Origin: Copranaerobaculum intestinale
GTDB lineage: Bacteria; Bacillota_I; Bacilli_A; Erysipelotrichales; Erysipelotrichaceae
Direction of reading: 5' to 3'
Length of the DNA stretch: 32,000 bases
Assembly (NCBI RefSeq): GCF_009831105.1
Contig: NZ_WUUQ01000001.1
Coordinates: 870,001-902,000 of the forward strand
The stretch's first letter is position 1; each line of letters starts with the position of its first letter. Shown piece by piece: positions 27,189 through 32,000 of this stretch. A program made the position numbers and the translations under genes. Below the pieces are notes generated by a model. That model searched no databases. It was not told the origin of the DNA and saw only the letters and a list, made by a program, of their open reading frames with translations.

Positions 27189-27866
27189 ATGAAACGTTTG
27201 TCTCAGCAGCAGTTTGCGGTTTTAGGTTTGGGCATCTTCGGATCAACCGTTGCGAAAACTCTGAGTGAATATAATTGTGAGGTTCTGGCAATCGATAAGG
27301 ATCTGAAATGTGTAGACCGTGTAGCGGAATATGTCACGCAGGCAATTCAAAGCGATATTACCGATAAGGAGCAGCTGCGCTTAGCGGGAGTACAGGATTG
27401 TGATGTGGCGATTGTTGCGACCGGCTCTCATCTGGAAGAAAGCGTCATGGCAATCATTAACCTGAAGGAACTGGGTGTTCCCTATATCATCGCTAAGGCT
27501 AAGAATAAACGCTATATGCAGATTTTCAGCCGAGTTGGTGCGGATCGCGTCGTACGCCCGGAAAAGGAAATGGGTGAGCAGGTTGCCAAAAGCATTCTGA
27601 GCCGAAATATCATCGATATGATCGATATTGACAGTGAATTCAGTATTCTGGAGGTAAAGGCTCCGCAGAAATGGGTAGGACGTTCTTTAAAGGAACTGGA
27701 TGTGCGCAATCGCTATGGGGTGAACGTCATCGGTATCCGTAAGCATGCCGATCTGCGACTGAGTATTTCTCCGGATGCCGATTATGTTATTGAGGCAGAG
27801 GATCACATGATGGTGATTGCTGATGTGAAAACACTCGAGAAGTGTGAATTCTTAAATAAAGTTTAG
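27189..27866 (+). CDS. ktrA: TrkA/KtrA-type potassium uptake peripheral subunit (RCK: TrkA_N + TrkA_C)
   Basis: 225 aa. Rossmann GLGIFGSTVAKTL, C-terminal TrkA_C. RBS AGGAGAAAG. Confidence 0.85.
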   Translation: MKRLSQQQFAVLGLGIFGSTVAKTLSEYNCEVLAIDKDLKCVDRVAEYVTQAIQSDITDKEQLRLAGVQDCDVAIVATGSHLEESVMAIINLKELGVPYIIAKAKNKRYMQIFSRVGADRVVRPEKEMGEQVAKSILSRNIIDMIDIDSEFSILEVKAPQKWVGRSLKELDVRNRYGVNVIGIRKHADLRLSISPDADYVIEAEDHMMVIADVKTLEKCEFLNKV

Positions 27867-27890
27867 GATGGAGAAATCCATCTTTTATTT
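27866..27890 (+). terminator. Rho-independent terminator after ktrA
   Basis: GGATGGA (27866-27872), loop gaaa, TCCATC(T), followed by TTTATTTT. Confidence 0.6.
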
Positions 27891-27949
27891 TACATTCATG
27901 CAAGTTTCTCGTGAATAAAGAATACACTGTAATTACAGGGAGGCGCATC

Positions 27950-28258
27950 ATGGTCGAAATAAAAACAATCCATATTCAAGGAAACAGCTTCATCGGCATT
28001 TTGTTGAAGCTGCCGAAAAATATGATTTATATGATTACTTCCACCCGCTGTATTCTGGCTGGGGAACAGTTTGATATAAATTACTTCAATCGGGTCAAAA
28101 AGCAAAGCCGGATCGTATTGGTGGAGGACTGCGATGACTTTGAGGATTTGCTGACTTCACGAGTGGTGAAAATATCCGATGCGGCAAAAGCGCTGGGGGT
28201 GCAGGAAGGCATGAGCGGCGAGGCAGCACTCGTGATTCTCAATGAGAATCAACAGTAA
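27950..28258 (+). CDS. yunC: DUF1805 family protein (YunC-like)
   Basis: ~102 aa matching the YunC pattern (..LKLPK....I.....IL.G......DLL...V..S.AAKALGV.EGMSG.EAL). GGGAGG lies 6 nt upstream of the ATG at 27950. Adjacent to a yunB-like gene, as in Bacillus. Confidence 0.65.
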   Translation: MVEIKTIHIQGNSFIGILLKLPKNMIYMITSTRCILAGEQFDINYFNRVKKQSRIVLVEDCDDFEDLLTSRVVKISDAAKALGVQEGMSGEAALVILNENQQ

Positions 28259-28937
28259 GCGCATCAGCAGAAGCAAGATTAAACGCAACCGGCTGATGAT
28301 AATCGCAATCGCAGTTATGCTGATATTGGGATTTGGATTAAGCCGTATCAATCATTATCTGGAGCCGCGGCTTCGCGCGGAAGCGAAAACGCAGGTCAAT
28401 ATCGCAATCAACAATCTAGTGACCAAGGTGCTTGCCAATATTGATTATAACCGGGATGATCTGGTGCGTATTACCTCTGATCATGACGGTAATGTCAGTC
28501 AGGTGGAATACGATACACTGAAACTGAATCAAATACTTTATGCATCATTAGATACAATTGATGATTCCTTACAGGCGGCACAGGAAGGGAAAAAAGATCC
28601 GATCACGGATCGGGTGTTCTTTCATGAGGGGATTGTCTATGAACTCCCCCTTGGTTATCTAACTCATATTTCAATGCTGTCCGATGTCGGACCGACCTTG
28701 CCGATTCGGATGAAAATTCTAAATCATGTGAACGGAGAAATCAAAACCATCAGTGAACCCTATGGAATGAACAATACCCTGCTGAAGATTGTTCTGCAGG
28801 TGCGGATCGAAGCGCAGGCGATCACGGTGCTTAATGTCAATGATATATCCGTTGTATCAGAAATACCCTTAGTGATTCAGCTGGTAAATGGCGATATACC
28901 CAATTTTGCGCCGTTCACCGCATCCTCTATGAAATAA
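28242..28937 (+). CDS. yunB: Sporulation protein YunB-like
   Basis: 231 aa. Basic N-terminus plus a single TM, then a soluble domain. Synteny with yunC, which it overlaps by 17 nt. Assigned from architecture and context, not from a diagnostic motif. Confidence 0.55.
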   Translation: MRINSKRISRSKIKRNRLMIIAIAVMLILGFGLSRINHYLEPRLRAEAKTQVNIAINNLVTKVLANIDYNRDDLVRITSDHDGNVSQVEYDTLKLNQILYASLDTIDDSLQAAQEGKKDPITDRVFFHEGIVYELPLGYLTHISMLSDVGPTLPIRMKILNHVNGEIKTISEPYGMNNTLLKIVLQVRIEAQAITVLNVNDISVVSEIPLVIQLVNGDIPNFAPFTASSMK

Positions 28938-28943
28938 ACCACT

Positions 28944-28972
28944 TTTACGTTTGACAGGAAGCATGCTATAAT
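28944..28972 (+). promoter_or_regulatory. Sigma-A-like promoter candidate for the lipoprotein gene
   Basis: -35 TTTACG (28944-28949), 17-bp spacer, extended consensus -10 TGcTATAAT (28964-28972). Confidence 0.5.
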
Positions 28973-28992
28973 GGCCGTATGAGGTGAAGAAG

Positions 28993-29478
28993 ATGAAAAA
29001 AATGCTGATTCTTGGGGCTGTTATCATGATGACATTGGCCGGAGGATGTTCTAAAGAGGATAAAGCCGCTCCAGCTAAAACGGTATTTGACTTACAGCAG
29101 ATCACTTTTGAAGAGCTAGATAAAGAATTGACGAATAAAGGCAGTATGGTTGTCTATTTCGGTTGGATCGAAAACTGCACCGATTCCAAGAATTTTCAAA
29201 AAAATTATCTGAATAAGCATTTGAACAGTAATCAGGATTTCCAAGCGATCAAGGTGGTCAATTTGGATAAGGAGCTGCCCGATGCGTTAGAAAACCGTGA
29301 TGAACGAGCAGGGATAAAAGCCAAGTATGATGTAGAATATTCGCCGACACTGGTTTACTATATTGATGGCAAGGCTGTCAGCAAGCTGGAATGGACGCCG
29401 GATACTACTGATAAAAAAACCGGAATCATGAAATCCCGGCTGGATGAATTTTTTAAGGACTGCGGATATTTGGATTAA
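28993..29478 (+). CDS. Lipoprotein, possibly thioredoxin-like fold without a CxxC motif
   Basis: Signal peptide with lipobox MMTLAGG|C. Mature part resembles thioredoxin-like accessory proteins (MVVYFGWIENC..., SPTLVYYIDGK) but has a single Cys. ATG at 28993 has GAGGTG 6 nt upstream. Confidence 0.65.
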   Translation: MKKMLILGAVIMMTLAGGCSKEDKAAPAKTVFDLQQITFEELDKELTNKGSMVVYFGWIENCTDSKNFQKNYLNKHLNSNQDFQAIKVVNLDKELPDALENRDERAGIKAKYDVEYSPTLVYYIDGKAVSKLEWTPDTTDKKTGIMKSRLDEFFKDCGYLD

Positions 29479-29483
29479 AAAGG

Positions 29484-29535
29484 AAAACCTTCTGACACAG
29501 TATTCTAACGGATACTGAAAAGGGAGGTTTTTTTA
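29484..29535 (+). terminator. Rho-independent terminator candidate (nested hairpins)
   Basis: Outer stem AAAACCTTCT / AGGGAGGTTTT encloses inner CAGTAT/ATACTG and ends in T7 (29528-29534). Confidence 0.55.
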
Positions 29536-29599
29536 TTTGGCTCGATCAGAGAAGCAATTTGTTTACAGGATTTCCCAATACAATAATTCCCAATGAAAA

Positions 29600-30511
29600 A
29601 TGACGGATGGAAATGCTAAGATGAAAGAAAAAGGGAAAGGAAATCAGGAAACGATGAAGAAGAACGTATTGGATAGGAATATTATGAACCGGTATCAGAA
29701 ATATCTGTATGGGGAAGAGCGAAGCGAAGCTACCATAAAGAAATATATGAGAGATATCGAACATTTTTATGAATATCTGCCGGCAGCGAAGGTTGTAACG
29801 AAGGAACTGCTAGTCGCATATAAGCGAAGCTTAACAGATATCTATAAAGTAAGCAGTATCAATAGCATGCTGGTTGCGCTCAACGGCCTCTTAAGCTATA
29901 TGGGGGTTGGACATCTGAAGCTTAAGCTGCTGAAGGTTCAGAAGAAGGTATTTCATATGGAAGACAGGGAGCTCAAGAAAGCAGAATACAAAAGGCTGCT
30001 GGAGACAGCTTTGAAAAAAGATAATAAAAGATTATATATGCTGATCCAGACGATCTGCGGAACCGGGATCCGTGTATCCGAGCATCGCTTTATCACGGTG
30101 GAGAGCTTGAAGGAGGGGCAGGTAATGGTAAGCAATAAGGGGAAGAGTCGAATTATCTTTATCCAAAAGAAGCTGAGAAGACTCCTATTGGAATACTGTC
30201 GGGAGGCGAAGATCGAACGGGGATCGATCTTTATCACGAAAAACGGAAGACCGATGGATCGCTCAAACATCTGGAGTGCGATGAAGCAGCTCTGTGAGGA
30301 AGCGGGAGTTGAACGAAGGAAAGTTTTTCCGCATAATCTGCGGCACCTCTTTGCATATACCTATTATGGACTATACAAGGATGTAGTGCGGCTGGCTGAC
30401 ATCTTGGGCCATTCGAGTATTGAGACGACAAGAATCTATACGATGAGCAGCGGAAAGGAATGCCAGCGGTCGTTAATGAGGATGGGCTTGGTCGATCTGA
30501 TAAAAACATAA
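29600..30511 (+). CDS. Tyrosine site-specific recombinase (phage integrase family; stand-alone invertase-like)
   Basis: Catalytic set visible: R (GTGIRVSE), K (NKGKSRIIF), HxxR (HNLRHLFA), H (LGHSSIETT), Y (TRIY). N-terminal SAM-like core-binding domain (ATIKKYMRDIEHFYEYL). The true start is ambiguous: in-frame ATGs at 29600, 29621, 29654 and 29684, none with a strong RBS. Confidence 0.9.
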   Translation: MTDGNAKMKEKGKGNQETMKKNVLDRNIMNRYQKYLYGEERSEATIKKYMRDIEHFYEYLPAAKVVTKELLVAYKRSLTDIYKVSSINSMLVALNGLLSYMGVGHLKLKLLKVQKKVFHMEDRELKKAEYKRLLETALKKDNKRLYMLIQTICGTGIRVSEHRFITVESLKEGQVMVSNKGKSRIIFIQKKLRRLLLEYCREAKIERGSIFITKNGRPMDRSNIWSAMKQLCEEAGVERRKVFPHNLRHLFAYTYYGLYKDVVRLADILGHSSIETTRIYTMSSGKECQRSLMRMGLVDLIKT

Positions 30512-30551
30512 AAAAAACGATTTGAAGGAAACGGTGAGAAAATGAGCAGCG

Positions 30552-30580
30552 TTACCACATAATGTGTATTATGTGGTCAA
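30552..30580. repeat. Recombinase-target-like site L: TTACCACATAA-TGTGTA-TTATGTGGTcA
   Basis: 11-nt inverted arms (one mismatch) around a 6-bp centre whose asymmetric core is GTGT. Located 41 nt after the recombinase stop. Confidence 0.7.
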
Positions 30581-30795
30581 ACGCCGTAAGCTTATTAAAA
30601 AACCGCAATAAACGGAGGCTGATTATCGCAACTATTTGTAAATATTTAATATATGTGAGAAATGTAACCGTTTTACATGTTTTATCTTACCATGTTACTT
30701 TTTCTTCAACAACGAATATTGGTAAATAACGAAATATGTTGGGGAAATCATATAAATCACATAAAATCACACAGATCATCACGCTTATGTATACG

Positions 30796-30816
30796 AAAAA
30801 AAGGCATGATCATGCC
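30796..30816 (-). terminator. Weak terminator-like element on the minus strand inside the invertible segment
   Basis: Perfect 14-nt palindrome GGCATGATCATGCC (30803-30816), followed on the minus strand by T7 (A-run 30796-30802 on plus). The stem is short. Confidence 0.3.
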
Positions 30817-30901
30817 GCAAACAGACGATTTGTCAGAAATATACTGCCAATATAAGTAAAAAAACAAGATATCTGAAATGACATCCGATGGTGATGTTTT
30901 T

Positions 30902-30930
30902 TTGTATGTCAAAAGGATCAGGAATATGCT
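30902..30930 (+). promoter_or_regulatory. Promoter candidate at the right edge of the invertible segment, facing the LytTR gene
   Basis: -35 TTGTAT (30902-30907), 17-bp spacer, -10 TATGCT (30925-30930). Both hexamers are imperfect. Confidence 0.3.
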
Positions 30931-30932
30931 CG

Positions 30933-30960
30933 TTACCACATAATACACATTATGTGGTAA
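30933..30960. repeat. Recombinase-target-like site R: TTACCACATAA-TACACA-TTATGTGGTAA
   Basis: Perfect inverted arms (12 nt if the flanking T/A pair of the centre is counted). The centre ACAC is the exact reverse complement of the site L centre. Located 27 nt upstream of the LytTR gene ATG. Confidence 0.7.
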
Positions 30961-30986
30961 GAGAGAATAAAGGGAAAGGGAATGAC

Positions 30987-31796
30987 ATGGACAAAAAGAG
31001 TATTGAACAATGTCTTGCGCTAAGTAAGGAAGTGATGATCCGGCACTTTCATGGGGATAATGAGTTTGCTGTATCACATATGCATAAAAACTGTATCTGG
31101 ATCGGTTCATGTGCCAGTGAATTCTATCAGGGGAAGGATACCATCGCTGCGGTCTTGCGCCAGGAAGCAGCCGATCTGCCGCAGGTAGAGCTGTCGGCCT
31201 TCGAATATATGTGTGTATCGCAGGATGTACATGACTGTACCGTAACGGGCAGACACGTCGGAAGGACACGGTTAGATTCCGGAGAGCTGTATCGGGACAT
31301 GCAGCGAGTCACATTTGTGTGGAAAAAGGAAAAGGATGAATATCGGATCATGCATATTCATGTATCAAATCCAATGAACAATTTGAAAGAGGGAGAGGTG
31401 TTTCCCCACCGAATGGGGAAGTATGCAAAGGAATATCTGAACATGCTGGTGAGCCGAGAGGTGGAAAAGAACGGAACGATCACGGTCAAGGATCAGCAGA
31501 ATCGGTTTCATATCATCCAAATCAGCGATATCTTGTATTTTGAAGCATTCAATATGAATTGTATCCTGCATCTGAAGAACGATGATGATGTATTCGGAAG
31601 GATCACGCTGCTGGAGGTGGAGAAACAGATTCAAAAAAAGAATGCTGATATGTTCAAGCGGGTACATAAGAGTTACTTAGTTAATAAGTATCATACAGCA
31701 GCTTTAAAGCGTTATGAGATAACAATGAGCAATCAAGAACAAATTCCGGTATCTCAGAAACGCTATAACGAGGTGAGAAAATGGCTCCATCAATAA
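30987..31796 (+). CDS. LytTR-family DNA-binding regulator with N-terminal NTF2/SnoaL-like (DUF4440-type) domain; no receiver domain
   Basis: C-terminal LytTR pattern (ISDILYFEAFNMNCILHL..., FKRVHKSYLVNKYH, IPVSQKRYNEVRKWL). N-terminal ~130 aa have an NTF2-like signature (IWIGSCASEFYQGKDTI...RVTFVWKKEKDEYRIMHIHVS). Start set at ATG 30987, downstream of site R with a GGGAAAGGGA RBS; the ORF-track start at 30888 would run through the repeat. Confidence 0.8.
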   Translation: MDKKSIEQCLALSKEVMIRHFHGDNEFAVSHMHKNCIWIGSCASEFYQGKDTIAAVLRQEAADLPQVELSAFEYMCVSQDVHDCTVTGRHVGRTRLDSGELYRDMQRVTFVWKKEKDEYRIMHIHVSNPMNNLKEGEVFPHRMGKYAKEYLNMLVSREVEKNGTITVKDQQNRFHIIQISDILYFEAFNMNCILHLKNDDDVFGRITLLEVEKQIQKKNADMFKRVHKSYLVNKYHTAALKRYEITMSNQEQIPVSQKRYNEVRKWLHQ

Positions 31797-31802
31797 GGGG
31801 GG

Positions 31803-31988
31803 ATGATATTGAAGCAAGGAAGTCGATACGAAATAGGACAAAGCTATTCACATGAGGAATATCGAAACGCGGGTGTGGCTCACATAAAGCAGGGGAATGG
31901 TCGCTGTGAATATTATCATAAGGGTAAATTGATTAGTGAGGAAGCAGCGGAAGAGCTGGTAAGGAGCTATCAGAAAAAGCTGAAATAA
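31803..31988 (+). CDS. Hypothetical small protein (61 aa)
   Basis: ORF 7 nt after the LytTR stop on the same strand. The G-rich RBS-like run abuts the ATG, so the start may be the TTG at 31809. Hydrophilic, no recognisable motif. Confidence 0.3.
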   Translation: MILKQGSRYEIGQSYSHEEYRNAGVAHIKQGNGRCEYYHKGKLISEEAAEELVRSYQKKLK

Positions 31989-32000
31989 AGAGAGGGGTGA

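Larger units (their letters stand above)
30581..30932. other. Candidate invertible DNA segment (~350 bp, AT-rich, non-coding) between sites L and R
   Basis: Bracketed by the two sites in inverted orientation. No credible CDS inside. Contains an outward-facing promoter candidate at the right end and an opposite-strand terminator-like hairpin. Confidence 0.5.

Noticed and set aside
28951-28972. Consensus TTGACA (28951-28956) close to consensus TATAAT (28967-28972)
   Set aside because: The spacer is only 10 bp, so the pair cannot work as a sigma-A -35/-10. The upstream TTTACG with a 17-bp spacer and TG-extended -10 was preferred.
30888-30986. N-terminal extension of the LytTR ORF (ORF track starts at 30888)
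   Set aside because: It would translate straight through the promoter candidate and palindromic site R. The ATG at 30987 has an RBS, and the domain begins after it.
30677-31269. ORFs 30677-30859 (+, 60 aa) and 30757-31269 (-, 170 aa) in or over the invertible segment
   Set aside because: The translations are low-complexity and odd in composition, with no RBS. The minus-strand ORF is antisense to the well-supported LytTR CDS. These are treated as chance ORFs.
1-32000. tRNA/rRNA genes, CRISPR arrays, IS elements and prophage blocks
   Set aside because: There are no clover-leaf-like conserved T-arm sequences, no regularly spaced direct repeats, no transposase-like ORFs and no terminal inverted repeats other than the switch at 30552-30960.

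Overview
The window looks like a low-to-moderate G+C Bacillota (Firmicutes) chromosome segment. RBSs are strong AGGAGG-type, there are many rho-independent terminators, and sporulation-associated genes (yunB, yunC, an Amidase_3/CwlD-like amidase) are present. Taxon assignment beyond that is a guess. Most of the window is housekeeping: rarA, a U32 peptidase-like pair translationally coupled to proS, fetAB-like ABC exporter, ilvA-type threonine dehydratase, amidase, BI-1/YccA, AlaX-L editing protein, GNAT, Na/Pi-PhoU transporter, type III glutamine synthetase, rubrerythrin, ktrBA, yunC/yunB and a lipoprotein. Three stretches look accessory. (i) A very AT-rich islet at 7226-8775 carries a lone acyltransferase-3 membrane protein. 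It is followed by an orphan 560+ aa protein with an HprK/PEPCK-like P-loop. (ii) A lower-G+C module at about 11.9-16.2 kb holds a TetR regulator divergent from two paralogous ABC ATPases plus one permease, with repeated operator-like motifs in the intergenic region. (iii) The most interesting locus is 29.6-31.8 kb. A tyrosine recombinase gene is followed by a ~350 bp segment bracketed by two lox/dif-like sites (11-12 nt palindromic arms). The asymmetric central spacers of the two sites are exact reverse complements (GTGT vs ACAC), so the sites are in inverted orientation. The segment sits directly upstream of a receiver-less LytTR DNA-binding regulator fused to an NTF2/SnoaL-like domain. I interpret this as a candidate recombinase-driven invertible switch making a transcription factor, and so its regulon, phase-variable. 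No tRNA, rRNA or CRISPR features were seen. All calls rest on reading the ORF translations and the DNA by eye; no database search was possible.
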